From Thermoanaerobaculia bacterium (GTDB lineage Bacteria > Acidobacteriota > Thermoanaerobaculia > Multivoradales > Multivoraceae): a DNA stretch of 64,000 nt. Every line of letters begins with the position of its first letter. The stretch's first letter is position 1. Positions 38,371-47,909 of this stretch are shown here, one piece after another. The stretch lies in contig OY762911.1 of the NCBI GenBank assembly GCA_963666565.1, positions 2,272,001 to 2,336,000 on the forward strand, given 5' to 3'. Position numbers and translations under genes: made by a program. Below the pieces are notes generated by a model. It was given only the letters and a program-made list of their open reading frames with translations. It did no database searches and was not told the origin of the DNA.

Positions 38371-39288
38371 TTACGTCGGGTCCCAAGTGAACACGTCGGT
38401 GGTTCGTTCCAGATCGTGGAACGAACCGGCCAACGCCGGCATGCCGTGCTCGGCGATGGACTCCGGCGTCCAGCCGGCGCCGTTGTGAACGGAGCGGACC
38501 GGCCGCGGCTGGCTCATCAGGAAGATCTCGTTCTTGCGCACCGCGAAAATCTGGCCGCTGACCTCCTTCGCGGCATCGCTCAGCAGGTAGACGGCGAGCG
38601 GCGCGACGAGGGCCGGCGTCATCTCCTTCATCTTCGCCACCCGCGCGGCCTGGGCCGGGTCGGCGGTCGGGATCGTGCCGATGAGGCGGGACCAGGCGAA
38701 GGGCGCTATGCAGTTCGAGCGGACCTCGAAGCGCTGCATGTCGAGCGCCAGCGACTTCGACAGCCCGACGATGCCCAGCTTGGCGGCGGCGTAGTTCGCC
38801 TGGCCGAAGTTGCCGATCAGCCCGGAGGTCGAGGTCATGTGGACGAAGGCGCCGCCGATCCGCTTGCGGTAGTGGGGAGCGGCGGCCCGCGCCATGTTGA
38901 AGCTGCCCTTCAGGTGGACGGCGATCACGGCGTCCCAGTCGCTCTCTTCCATTTTGTGGAAAATGACGTCGCGCAGGATGCCGGCGTTGTTGACCACGCC
39001 GTCGATCTGCCCGAACTCGTCGAGCGCCTGCTCGATCGCGCGCCCGGCGCCGGCGAAGTCGGCGACGCTCTCGTAGTTCGCGGCGGCGCGGCCGCCGGCG
39101 GCGAGGATCTCGTCGACGACGGCCTGGGCGGGCGTCCGGTCGGCGCCGTCGCCTCGCTCGGAGCCGCCGAGGTCGTTCACGACGACGGAGGCTCCGTGGG
39201 AGGCGGCGAGCAGGGCGATGTCGCGGCCGATGCCGCGGCCGGCGCCGGTGACGACGATCGTCTTCTCGTGGAGCATGCGGGTGTTCAT
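38371..39288 (-). CDS. SDR family oxidoreductase (3-hydroxyacyl-CoA dehydrogenase-like)
   Basis: TGAGRGIG, VVVNDLG, NNAGILRD, YAAAK. Confidence 0.93.
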   Translation of the reverse strand: MNTRMLHEKTIVVTGAGRGIGRDIALLAASHGASVVVNDLGGSERGDGADRTPAQAVVDEILAAGGRAAANYESVADFAGAGRAIEQALDEFGQIDGVVNNAGILRDVIFHKMEESDWDAVIAVHLKGSFNMARAAAPHYRKRIGGAFVHMTSTSGLIGNFGQANYAAAKLGIVGLSKSLALDMQRFEVRSNCIAPFAWSRLIGTIPTADPAQAARVAKMKEMTPALVAPLAVYLLSDAAKEVSGQIFAVRKNEIFLMSQPRPVRSVHNGAGWTPESIAEHGMPALAGSFHDLERTTDVFTWDPT

Positions 39289-39304
39289 TCGGGGTTCTCC
39301 TGTC

Positions 39305-40480
39305 TCAGGCCGCGGCGATGGCGGCGACCAGGCGGCAGCCGTCGAGGTACTCCGCGACGTCGACGTACTCTTCCACAGTGTGGGGGTTGTGCTGTCCGGC
39401 GCCCAGGGTGACCGTGGGCACGCCCTTGGCGTTCAGGTAGTTCGCGTCGAGTCCGCCGTTCGCGACGAGGTACTCAGCCTCCAGGCCGAGGGCGGCGCGC
39501 ACCTGCTCGGCCGCTAGCCGCACGGGCGGCGAGTCTTCGGGCATCTCGAACGCGTCGTAGTCGGTCTCGGCGCGGAAGTCGACCCGGCCGCGGTCGCCGT
39601 CGGAGTTGGCGACGCTCCTCGCCGCCCGCTCGAAGGCGTCGCGCCAGGCGGCGGTGATCTCGGCCAGGAACGCCTTGTCGTGGCTGCGCGACTCGCCCGA
39701 GACGAACACGCGGTCCGTGACCTGGTTGCTCGCCTCGCCGCCGGCCATGCGGCCGACGTTGGAGGTGCCGCTGCCGCCGGGAAGCTCGATCTTGCCGAAG
39801 AAGCCGCGGGCGGCGACGTCGGCCACTGCCCGCGAGGCGATGAGCGCCGCCGAGATCCCGTGCTCGGGGTGGACGCCCGCGTGCGAGGACTTGCCGTGGA
39901 CGTCCACCTGCCAGCGGTCCGCGCCGGTGGCGCCGACGATCAGCACGCGCGGCGCGCCGGAGTCGATGTTGAAGCCCATCCCGGGATGGCCGAGCCTCTC
40001 CAGCTCCACCGTGCGCGCCCCCCACAGGCCGACCTCCTCGCCGACCGTCATCAGCACCGTGATCGGCGGCCGCGGCGCGCCGGTCGCGAGCAGGGTCTCG
40101 ATCATCGTGACCAGGGCGCCGATCGAGGTCCGGTTGTCGCCGCCGAGCGCCGTGTCGCCCTCCGCCTCGATCCGGCCGTCGCGCCGCACCGGAACCGCGC
40201 CCCGGCACAGCGGCACCGTGTCCATGTGCCCCATGAACAGCCGCCGCGGCCCGGGCCGCGTCCCCGGCAGATCGACGATCAGGTTGCCGACCTCGTAGTC
40301 GCCGGGGATCCGCTCGTTCGCGTCGTCGTGGCCGATCCAGGCCGGCGCGCAGCCCGCGGCGAGGAGCTTCTCCCGCACCGCCGCGGCGACCTTGCCCTCG
40401 CGGCCGCTCAGCCCCTCGATGGCGAGGAGGTCCATCAGGTGGTCGAGGGCGCGGGCTTCGTCGATCCGGGGTGGTGTCAT
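39305..40480 (-). CDS. M20/M25/M40 metallohydrolase (peptidase T-like)
   Basis: GHMDTV, LGGDNR, GEEVGLWG, GKSSHAGVHPE, GGLDAN, NPHTVEE. Confidence 0.9.
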   Translation of the reverse strand: MTPPRIDEARALDHLMDLLAIEGLSGREGKVAAAVREKLLAAGCAPAWIGHDDANERIPGDYEVGNLIVDLPGTRPGPRRLFMGHMDTVPLCRGAVPVRRDGRIEAEGDTALGGDNRTSIGALVTMIETLLATGAPRPPITVLMTVGEEVGLWGARTVELERLGHPGMGFNIDSGAPRVLIVGATGADRWQVDVHGKSSHAGVHPEHGISAALIASRAVADVAARGFFGKIELPGGSGTSNVGRMAGGEASNQVTDRVFVSGESRSHDKAFLAEITAAWRDAFERAARSVANSDGDRGRVDFRAETDYDAFEMPEDSPPVRLAAEQVRAALGLEAEYLVANGGLDANYLNAKGVPTVTLGAGQHNPHTVEEYVDVAEYLDGCRLVAAIAAA

Positions 40481-40554
40481 CGGGGGACTCGAGCTGGCCG
40501 GCGGGGCCGGAAGTTGGCGATCCTACCCGCGTGGCACTGGCCGCCGAGCGCGCC

Positions 40555-40674
40555 GGGTGCGCGGGTCTTCCGACCCGCCCGCCGCCGGAGGCGGCCAGGA
40601 ACATGCGCCGGCTTCCGTCCGGCGGTCCTGTTGTCCGGGCTGCGCCGCTGGGCGGGTCGGAAGACCCGCGCACC
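40555..40674. repeat. Inverted REP doublet (REPIN/BIME-like): 40555-40578 plus, 40652-40674 minus
   Basis: Spacer is similar to that of the doublet at 53294-53428. Confidence 0.85.
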
Positions 40675-40711
40675 GACAGGCGGCCAGTCCAGCGTCACTT
40701 ACACTCGCCGC

Positions 40712-42220
40712 ATGCCAAGAGCCTGCTTTGCCCTCATGCTCGTCTCCTTTCTTGCGGCCTGCGCGCCGGATGCCCAGGAGTCCTCGGACGCCTCGTTCGA
40801 CCGTCCCCCCAACTTCGTCGTGGTCTTCGCCGACGACCTGGGCTGGGGCGATCTCGGCAGCTACGGGGCGCCGGTCATCCGCACGCCGCATCTCGACCGG
40901 ATGGCGGCGGAGGGGCAGCGCTGGACGAACTTCTACGTGACGGCCTCGGTCTGCTCGCCGAGCCGGGCGGGGTTGCTGACCGGGCGGCTGCCGGTGCGCA
41001 ACGGGCTCTACGGCGACCGGGTGCGGGTGCTGTTCCCGGACTTCGCCGGCGGCATCCAGGACGAGGAGATCACGATCGCCGAGGCGCTTGGCGATCTCGG
41101 CTACGCGACGGGCATGTTCGGCAAGTGGCACCTGGGCGACCGGCCGGAGTACCTGCCGACCCGGCACGGCTTCGACTACTGGTTCGGCATCCCCTACTCG
41201 AACGACATGATGGCGACGCTGCCGCGCGAAGAGCGTCGCGCCGCCTTCCTCGATCCGAAGATCGAGTACTGGGACGTGCCGCTCATCCGGTCGCGGGTCG
41301 GCGCGAACGGAGAAGCCGGCGCCGGAGAGGCCGATGCCGGAGAATCCGGCGCCGGCGAGGACGGCCTCGTCACGGAAACCCTCGAACGACCGGCGGACCA
41401 GACGACGATCACGAAGCGCTACGCCGAGGAGGCGGTCGACTTCATCCGCGCCCACCGGGACGAGCCCTTCTTCGTCTACCTGCCGCACAGCATGCCTCAC
41501 GTGCCGCTGTTCCGGGCGCCGGAGTTCGAGGGCCGCAGCGGCGCGGGGCTCTACGGCGACGTGATCGAGGAGATCGACTGGAGCGTGGGGCGCATCCTGG
41601 AGACGCTGGAAGAGGAGGGGATCGCGGAGAACACCCTCGTGTTCTTCAGCAGCGACAACGGACCCTGGACGGCGTTCCGCACGCAGGGCGGCCTGGCGGG
41701 CCCGCTGCGCGAGGGCAAGGGGATGACCTGGGAAGGCGGCATGAGGGTGCCGGGGCTGTTCCGGTGGCCGGGAACGATCGCGCCGGAGGTCGTGACCTCG
41801 GAGATCGGCTCGACGAGCGACCTGTTCGCGACCTTCCTGGGGTTGGCGGGCGGCGCGATGCCGGACGACCGGCCGATGGACAGCCTCGATCTGGCGCCGG
41901 TGCTGCTCGGCGAGGGCGAAGGCCCGCGCGAGGAGGCGCCGTTCTACCGGGGCAGCGAGCTCTACGCCTACCGGGTCGGCGCCTACAAGGCGCACTTCGT
42001 GACCGAGGGAGAGTACGGGCTTGCCGGCGGGCGGCTGGAGCACGATCCGCCGCTGCTCTACGACCTGGCGCTCGATCCGGGGGAGCAGTGGAACGTGGCG
42101 GCCGAGCGGCCGGAGGCGTTGGCCGAGGTGGTGGCCCAGGCGGCGCGGCACCTTGCCGGCGTGGAGGTTGCGCCGTCGCAGTTCGACCTTCGTCGCGGCG
42201 AGGGCGGCGGGGATGGCTGA
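40712..42220 (+). CDS. Arylsulfatase A-like sulfatase (lipoprotein)
   Basis: Lipobox LAAC; FADDLGWGD, CSPSRAGLLTGR (CxPxR formylglycine motif), GKWHLG, SDNG. Confidence 0.93.
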   Translation: MPRACFALMLVSFLAACAPDAQESSDASFDRPPNFVVVFADDLGWGDLGSYGAPVIRTPHLDRMAAEGQRWTNFYVTASVCSPSRAGLLTGRLPVRNGLYGDRVRVLFPDFAGGIQDEEITIAEALGDLGYATGMFGKWHLGDRPEYLPTRHGFDYWFGIPYSNDMMATLPREERRAAFLDPKIEYWDVPLIRSRVGANGEAGAGEADAGESGAGEDGLVTETLERPADQTTITKRYAEEAVDFIRAHRDEPFFVYLPHSMPHVPLFRAPEFEGRSGAGLYGDVIEEIDWSVGRILETLEEEGIAENTLVFFSSDNGPWTAFRTQGGLAGPLREGKGMTWEGGMRVPGLFRWPGTIAPEVVTSEIGSTSDLFATFLGLAGGAMPDDRPMDSLDLAPVLLGEGEGPREEAPFYRGSELYAYRVGAYKAHFVTEGEYGLAGGRLEHDPPLLYDLALDPGEQWNVAAERPEALAEVVAQAARHLAGVEVAPSQFDLRRGEGGGDG

Positions 42221-42249
42221 GGGCGGTTCGCCGCGGTGAAGTCGTTTCA

Positions 42250-42319
42250 GGCCGCCTTCGGCGGCTGCGGGTCAGAAAGACCCGCGCACCCAGCGGCGGG
42301 TCGGAAGACCCGCGTACCC
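42250..42319 (-). repeat. Two tandem REP-like copies (42267-42291, 42296-42319) with tail
   Basis: Direct match to consensus. Confidence 0.85.
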
Positions 42320-42340
42320 AGTGGCGGCGACGGCTGAGGG

Positions 42341-42547
42341 TCAGGCGTCCCGCTTGGGGTCGGCGCTCGCCTCATCTCGAAGTCCGGCGGCGAGTCCGTG
42401 CAGCCGCTTGATGCGCCGTTGCCAGAGGAGGGCTTCGCGCGCGACCTGGCGGTGGGCCCGCAGGCTGCGCAGCCACCAGCCGAAGACCGCGCCGACCAGC
42501 GCGGCGCCGACGACCCAGATCCAGATCTCGAAGAGGACGTAGAGCAT
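42341..42547 (-). CDS. Small single-TM membrane protein downstream of the BON/OmpA gene
   Basis: MLYVLFEIWIWVVGAALVGAVFGWWLR...; GGGG RBS-like motif. Confidence 0.6.
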   Translation of the reverse strand: MLYVLFEIWIWVVGAALVGAVFGWWLRSLRAHRQVAREALLWQRRIKRLHGLAAGLRDEASADPKRDA

Positions 42548-42560
42548 GGGGACCCCCCGT

Positions 42561-43577
42561 TCAGGGGCGGTGGTGAACCCGGAACTCGACCCCCCGATGC
42601 CCGCCGCCGGGGCGGTCCTCGGCGGGGTCGTCGCTGCCGTAGCCGAAGGCCAGCAGGCGGTCCGGATGGACGCTCGCGGACAGGACGTCGCGGATCGCCT
42701 CGGCCCGGGCCATGCTGAGCGTCCGGTCGGCGGCGGCGCCGCCGCTTGCGTCGGCGTGGACGAGGACTTCGACACGGGTGTTCGGGAAAGCGTCCAGCAC
42801 CGCGCCGATGCCGGCGATGGCGGCGCGGGCGTCGCCGGCGAGCGCGTCCGTTCCTTCTCCGAAGGCGATCGGCCGCTCCCGCAGCAGGCGCTGGATCCGG
42901 TTCTGGGCGGTCCGGTGCGCCGCGACGGGAGCGACCGCCGCCCGGTTGACGATCGTCCAGCCGGTCCGGGCCGCTTCGGCGATCGCTCTCGCGTCGAACT
43001 CCAGGCGGTCGCGCATGGCGTCGCTCGAGACGTGGCCGATCAGGGTCAGCGTCCCGTCCCGCAGCCGCAGTCCGGGTCCGCCATCCACCTGCCGCAGGAT
43101 CTGGATCAGCCTCGGCAGGGCCGGAGTCCAGGGCGGTTCGGTCACGGCGGCGTCGACTTCCGTCTGGTCGATCACGTTGCCCTGGCCCTTGATCGCGGCT
43201 GCGGCATCGAACAGCTCCTGCCGGCTCTCGGGAGTCGGCAGGCGTCCGGCCAGCAGCCAGATGTCGCCGTCCTGGCCGAACTCCAGGCTCGGCTCGACCG
43301 CCATGACCAAGCGGTTGTCGACGCTCCGCACCCCCGGTTCGCCCGCCGCGCGCCGGGCCGCCTCGGCGCCGATCTCGGCGAAGGCGACGGTGCCGTGGAG
43401 GGTCACGTCCCGGCCGTCCGCGTCGACGCGCAGGTCGCGGACGCCGACGTCCGCCAGCGTCGCGGCAGTCCGCGCCTCGATCGCCGCCTCGATGCCGGGC
43501 AACTCCAGCGAGAAGCACATGGCGCCCAGCATCAGCACCATGGCGGCGCCGGTCAGGATGACGCCCGGTTCTCTCAT
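42561..43577 (-). CDS. BON + OmpA-like peptidoglycan-binding domain protein (ArfA/OmpATb-like architecture)
   Basis: N-terminal TM; DGRDVTLHGTV...GVRSVDNRL (BON); VHADASG...LSMARAEAI...GYGSDDP...RGVEFRV (OmpA C-terminal domain). Confidence 0.8.
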   Translation of the reverse strand: MREPGVILTGAAMVLMLGAMCFSLELPGIEAAIEARTAATLADVGVRDLRVDADGRDVTLHGTVAFAEIGAEAARRAAGEPGVRSVDNRLVMAVEPSLEFGQDGDIWLLAGRLPTPESRQELFDAAAAIKGQGNVIDQTEVDAAVTEPPWTPALPRLIQILRQVDGGPGLRLRDGTLTLIGHVSSDAMRDRLEFDARAIAEAARTGWTIVNRAAVAPVAAHRTAQNRIQRLLRERPIAFGEGTDALAGDARAAIAGIGAVLDAFPNTRVEVLVHADASGGAAADRTLSMARAEAIRDVLSASVHPDRLLAFGYGSDDPAEDRPGGGHRGVEFRVHHRP

Positions 43578-43634
43578 CGTGGCTGGCGACGGCGTCGCCA
43601 GGAGGCCATGCTGCGGAACGCTGCGAAGCGAGTC

Positions 43635-43707
43635 GCGCGACGCTGCCTCCCGGCGGTGTGGGGACTGGGGCCGAACATGGAGCTTGCGACAGGCCTGGCG
43701 GCGCTAG
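43635..43707 (-). repeat. Repeat family B, copy 1 (starts at the CTAG of the upstream stop codon)
   Basis: Aligns by eye with 50629-50700. Confidence 0.7.
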
Positions 43708-44288
43708 CTGGAGGTGTGGTCGGCGACGATCAGCCACCGTTCGCCGTGCCGCTCCACCGACAGCGTGAAGAGGCCGGTCGGTTCGTCCGATTCGCGGGTC
43801 AGCCGGAACCGGCCGAAGACCGTGGCGGCGTGCTCGGAGTGCACCCGCACCTCGAGTTCCTCGAAGGCCAGCGTCCCCATCGCGGCGCGGTCGGGGTAGG
43901 TCTCGCGGTAGCGCTTCAGGGTGTGGTCCCAGCCGCGACGCACCTCGCCGCCGGAGGTGAAGCGCAGTTCCCGGCTCCGCAGATAGCCGTCCATGAAGCC
44001 CTCGATGTCGCCCGCGTTCCAGTCCTCCACCTGCGCGTCCAGCACCTGGAGCACTTCCGCCGCGACGGTCTGCGGGTCGAACTCCGGCGGCGGCGGTTCC
44101 TCGAGGGCGGGCGGCTCGCAGGCCGCGAACAGCAGGCAGGCCGCGAGGCCGGCGAAGGCGGAGGCTGCTCCGACTGGGTGCGCGGGTCTTCCGACCGGCC
44201 CGCCGGCCGGCGCCGCGGAGCGGTGCGGGCCGGCGAGAGCGGCCGCCGGCGAACGTCGGCGACGGAGCTTCTTGCTGCTGGCGTTCAC
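43704..44288 (-). CDS. NTF2-like / DUF4440 lipoprotein
   Basis: Lipobox FAAC; WNAGDIEGFMDGY, RY...YPDRAAMGTLAF, WLIVADHTSS; the GTG start overlaps the upstream TGA. Confidence 0.8.
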   Translation of the reverse strand: MNASSKKLRRRRSPAAALAGPHRSAAPAGGPVGRPAHPVGAASAFAGLAACLLFAACEPPALEEPPPPEFDPQTVAAEVLQVLDAQVEDWNAGDIEGFMDGYLRSRELRFTSGGEVRRGWDHTLKRYRETYPDRAAMGTLAFEELEVRVHSEHAATVFGRFRLTRESDEPTGLFTLSVERHGERWLIVADHTSS

Positions 44289-45112
44289 TTCGCGAGGCGC
44301 TCCACGTCGACGTCGCGGTGCTCGATCCGCGAGACGAGGGGCAGTTCCGCGGCGGCGTACGCCGGCGTGACGTCGTCGACGGTCAGGCCGCCGTCCCGGA
44401 TGTTCAGGCCGTAGTTGTCCGCGTCGTAGAACAGCAGGCCGCCGACGCGGCGGTAGTTCCGGAGAGTGCGGAACCGGAGTCCCGTACCGTCGCTGTAGTC
44501 GTAGGCGAACTGCTCGAGCCGGGCGGTCTCCGGATCGAACCAGTAGACGTAGGCGCTGTCGGCGCCGTCGCTCGAGCCGGACGCGAAGGTCACGCGGACC
44601 CGGTGCAACTGCCGCCCGTTCCACTCCTCCAGGCCCTGGTCTTCCTTGAAGGTTCCCGGATCGTTCAGCTTGTAGGGCAGGAAGAGGAAGTACATGCGCT
44701 GGTTGACGTAGCTCTCGGCCCGCGCCCGGGCCGCGTCGTCCATCTCCATCGGCGCGCCGGCTTCGGCGACCTGGAGGGCCGTGTTGTCGCGCCGGTACTC
44801 GCGCGCGTCGGCGCCGTCGGAGGCATGGATGACGTACTCGAAGCGGTCGCCGTCGATCGTCGAGTCCACGTCGAAGCTGCCGGAGCGGGAAGCGACCGTC
44901 AGCCGGACGCGCGAGCGCTCGAACAACTCGCCGCCGTGGTGCTCGATGGCGCGGTCGACGATCTCCAGGCGGTCCGACGTGCCCGGCGGGGCGCTCGGCG
45001 GCGGCTCGGGCGCCGGTTCCGCGCCGGCGCAGGCGAGGAAGAGAGCCGCGGCGGCGGCGCCGGGCCAAGCGCCCGCGGCGCCGGTTTCGTGGGAACTTTC
45101 GAATCGCAACAT
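44285..45112 (-). CDS. DUF6503-like lipoprotein
   Basis: Lipobox FLAC; IVDRAIEHHGG, YFLFLPYKLNDPG, YVYWFD, GLRFR. Confidence 0.7.
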   Translation of the reverse strand: MLRFESSHETGAAGAWPGAAAAALFLACAGAEPAPEPPPSAPPGTSDRLEIVDRAIEHHGGELFERSRVRLTVASRSGSFDVDSTIDGDRFEYVIHASDGADAREYRRDNTALQVAEAGAPMEMDDAARARAESYVNQRMYFLFLPYKLNDPGTFKEDQGLEEWNGRQLHRVRVTFASGSSDGADSAYVYWFDPETARLEQFAYDYSDGTGLRFRTLRNYRRVGGLLFYDADNYGLNIRDGGLTVDDVTPAYAAAELPLVSRIEHRDVDVERLAK

Positions 45113-45143
45113 GGTTCCAGTCTAGCCGCCGGAAGCGCCCGCC

Positions 45144-45250
45144 GGGCGCGCGGGTCCTCCGACCCGGCACCGGGTGCGCGGGTCTTCCGACCCGCCGCTG
45201 GGTGCGCGGGTCTTCCGACCCGCATGCCGCCGAAGGCGGCCAAAGAACGC
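45144..45250 (+). repeat. Three tandem REP-like copies (45144, 45172, 45200; 28-bp period) plus tail
   Basis: Direct match to consensus. Confidence 0.88.
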
Positions 45251-45325
45251 GCCGGCCGTCAGGCCGGCACCGCCCCGGCTGCTACGCTTCGCCCTCACTC
45301 TGTACAGCCGCGGGAGGCCAACCGA

Positions 45326-46168
45326 ATGACCGAGTACGAACTCATCAAGTACGACGTGGACGATCCGATCGCCACGATCACCCTGAACCGGCCGGAGCAG
45401 TTGAACGCGATCACCGGCAGCATGCTGGCCGAGATGAAGCATGCGATGGCGGCCGCCGAGAGCGACGAGCGCGTGGTCGGCATCGTCCTGACCGGCGCCG
45501 GACGCGGCTTCTGCGCCGGTGCCGACATGCAGGGCCTCCAGGCCACCAGCCGCGGCCAGCGCGGCAGCGGCGGCGGAAACGCCATCGAGGATGCCCAGGC
45601 GGGCGCCATCGACGAGATGGGCGCCGACAACTTCGGCGTCACCTACAACTACCTGATGGCGGTGCGCAAGCCGATCGTGGCCGCGATCAACGGTCCCTGC
45701 GCGGGGCTCGGCTTCGCCATCGCGATGCTCTGCGACATCCGCTTCGCTTCGGACCGGGCGGTCTTCACGTCCGCGTTCGTGAACCGCGGCCTGATCGCCG
45801 AGCACGGGCTGAGCTGGATCCTGCCCCGCGTGGCGGGCCCGGCGAACGCGCTGGACATCCTGTGGACGGGCCGCAAGTTCTACGGGCCGGAGGCGGCCCG
45901 GATGGGCGTCGTGAACCGCTCCGTGCCGCACGACCGGGTCGTGCCCGAGGCCGAGAACTACGTCAAGGCGCTCGCCGAGCGCTCCGCGCCGATGTCGCTC
46001 AAGGTCATCAAGCAGCAGGTCTACCGCCACCTGATGATGGACACCGGCGACGCGCTCCGCGAGTCGAACGAGTTGATGGCCGAGAGCCTGAAGCGCGACG
46101 ACTTCAAGGAAGGCGTCGCCTCCTTCGTCGAGCGCCGCGCGCCGAAGTTCCAGCGCATCACGAGCTAG
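45326..46168 (+). CDS. Enoyl-CoA hydratase/isomerase family protein
   Basis: ITLNRPEQLNA, GRGFCAGAD, KPIVAAINGPCAG, FKEGVASFVERR; RBS GGAGG. Confidence 0.92.
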   Translation: MTEYELIKYDVDDPIATITLNRPEQLNAITGSMLAEMKHAMAAAESDERVVGIVLTGAGRGFCAGADMQGLQATSRGQRGSGGGNAIEDAQAGAIDEMGADNFGVTYNYLMAVRKPIVAAINGPCAGLGFAIAMLCDIRFASDRAVFTSAFVNRGLIAEHGLSWILPRVAGPANALDILWTGRKFYGPEAARMGVVNRSVPHDRVVPEAENYVKALAERSAPMSLKVIKQQVYRHLMMDTGDALRESNELMAESLKRDDFKEGVASFVERRAPKFQRITS

Positions 46169-46202
46169 CTGCGTCGCGGCGCGGCGGCGGTGCCGGCACT
46201 CG

Positions 46203-46381
46203 CCCGCGGCGAGCCGCGGGGAGGGGGCGCGCCCAAGGGACGCTCGCCCTCTCGGAGTGGATGGGGAGCAGGGGCTCGCTGTTGTCGACTGCGCTTCGCT
46301 TCGGCGTCGGTTGGCGAGGCGGCGCGGGGAGTCGCTTGTCTTCGACCCCCTGGGCGCCCCCTCCCCGCGCCTCGCCGCGGG
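46203..46381. other. Long imperfect inverted repeat (~35-bp arms) enclosing ~110 bp; candidate structured RNA or MITE-like element
   Basis: CCCGCGGCGAGCCGCGGGGAGGGGGCGCGCCCA ... TGGGCGCCCCCTCCCCGCGCCTCGCCGCGGG. Confidence 0.55.
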
Positions 46382-46429
46382 CTGGACGCTCTCGGCTCGA
46401 CATTACGCTGCGCCGAGCGTCGGTGCACT

Positions 46430-46485
46430 GGGTGCGCGGGTCTTCTGACCCGCATCAGGCGCGATGCCGCGGAGCGGCGAGCCCG
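46430..46485 (+). repeat. REP-like element with GCATC..GATGC tail
   Basis: GGGTGCGCGGGTCTTCTGACCCGCATCAGGCGCGATGCCGCGGAGCGGCGAGCCCG. Confidence 0.85.
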
Positions 46486-46782
46486 TGTCGCTACGTGGAC
46501 AACGCTCGAGCCGCTTTGTACACCTCCGCGTCAGATGGCTGTGGATCGCCCCGCAGCACCCGCGCCGCGGCTTCCAACGCCCAGTCCAGAACCGCGTCCG
46601 CGGTGGTGGTGTTCCCTTCGGGAGGAACGCCCAGAACGGCTATCGGTTCGTGCGGCGTCGTTTCGATCCTCGCCGATTCGGCCGGCCAGCCTTCCATGAC
46701 CGCCAGAAGCCGCCGGGCCTGAGTCAGCCAAGCGTCTGCTACCGCTTCGGCGGTGCAGTCGCCGGCGCCGCGGATCCTCCGC

Positions 46783-47898
46783 CTAGTCGACGCGATCCCG
46801 CCTTTCCTTGAGCTCGCGGAAGGTCGTCAGCACCAGGCCCTCGTCCTCGATCGCCTGTTGCACGCGGGGGTCGAGCATCGCCAGCATGTCGCCCTTGCGG
46901 CTGGGGCCGGACGTCGAGATGTACTTGAAGTTCGGGCTCGGGTCGGTCGAGTGCAGGATGATCATCGTGACGCCGGGGCGCAGGTCGCGCAGGGCCTGGA
47001 CGTAGCGTTCGACCTTGTACTCCGTCAGTTCCTCGTCGGTGGCGTCGGCGCCGCTCTCGGGGACCCAGCCGTAGCTCAGGTTGTGGAGGTCGTCGAGGAC
47101 GGGCAGGCCGCCGTCCCAGATGCGCTGGCCGAGTTCGGTCGCGCGGCCGAGTCCCGGCGGCGTGTCCCGTCCCTGGGCCTCGTACTGGGCTTCGAGGATC
47201 GCGTTGTGGCCGCCGGGGAACATGAGCGGGATGCCCTCGTCGATGCCGACCTGGATGTAGCGCTCGAGGAAGTCCATCGTGGCGAACAGGGTGCCCATGT
47301 GGGAGTCGAGGTGAGTCGGTTCGAAGCCCATCGCCCGGGCGCGGTGGATCTGCTCGCGGATCTCCGCTTCCACTTCGTCCGGGGAGGCGTGGGCGACGAC
47401 CTCGGCCACGCTCGACCACAAGGCGCCCTCGGCGTCGACCAGGCCGGGCGCCGCTTCGCGGCCGACCAGCGGTCCCCAGCGGTAGCCGTCCCACTCGGCG
47501 GTCAGGGTCAGGTGGAGGCCGGCGTCGATGCCCGGATTCTCCTTCAGGCTCGCCACGAGTTCGGGCACCCAGGGGCAGGGCATCATGACGCTCATCGAGT
47601 TCGCGGCGCCCTCCAGGATGGATCGGAGGGCGCCGACGTTCGAGTCGCGCGACATGCCGGCATCGTCGACGTGCAGGATGACGGCGCGGGCGCCGGCGGG
47701 GAAGCCGAGCTTCTCGGCGTACGTCTGCGCTTCGGCCTGGCAGGCCGTGAGGAAGGCGGCGGTCAGGCAGAGGATCGCCGCGGCGGCGATGCGAATGCGG
47801 TGCGGCGGCGGGGCCGGGTGGCGGCCGCTGCCATCCGTGCGGGTCAAAAGACCCGCGCACCCAGCGGCAGGCGAGTTCCATGCAGGCGTTTCGGACAT
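46783..47898 (-). CDS. YdjC/ChbG-family carbohydrate deacetylase, secreted
   Basis: ILHVDDAGM, GLHLTLTAEW, THLDSHMG; RBS GAGGAGG before ATG 47898. Confidence 0.85.
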   Translation of the reverse strand: MSETPAWNSPAAGCAGLLTRTDGSGRHPAPPPHRIRIAAAAILCLTAAFLTACQAEAQTYAEKLGFPAGARAVILHVDDAGMSRDSNVGALRSILEGAANSMSVMMPCPWVPELVASLKENPGIDAGLHLTLTAEWDGYRWGPLVGREAAPGLVDAEGALWSSVAEVVAHASPDEVEAEIREQIHRARAMGFEPTHLDSHMGTLFATMDFLERYIQVGIDEGIPLMFPGGHNAILEAQYEAQGRDTPPGLGRATELGQRIWDGGLPVLDDLHNLSYGWVPESGADATDEELTEYKVERYVQALRDLRPGVTMIILHSTDPSPNFKYISTSGPSRKGDMLAMLDPRVQQAIEDEGLVLTTFRELKERRDRVD

Positions 47899-47909
47899 CG
47901 TGTTCCTCC

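Noticed and set aside
39680-42220. Long N-terminal extensions in the ORF track (sulfatase 846 aa; also 10920-12776, 43704-45170, 44318-46168, 46783-49011, 58586-60868, 1515-3113)
   Set aside because: Open-frame run-through over neighbouring genes in high-GC DNA; internal starts with a signal peptide, RBS or stop-start overlap fit better.
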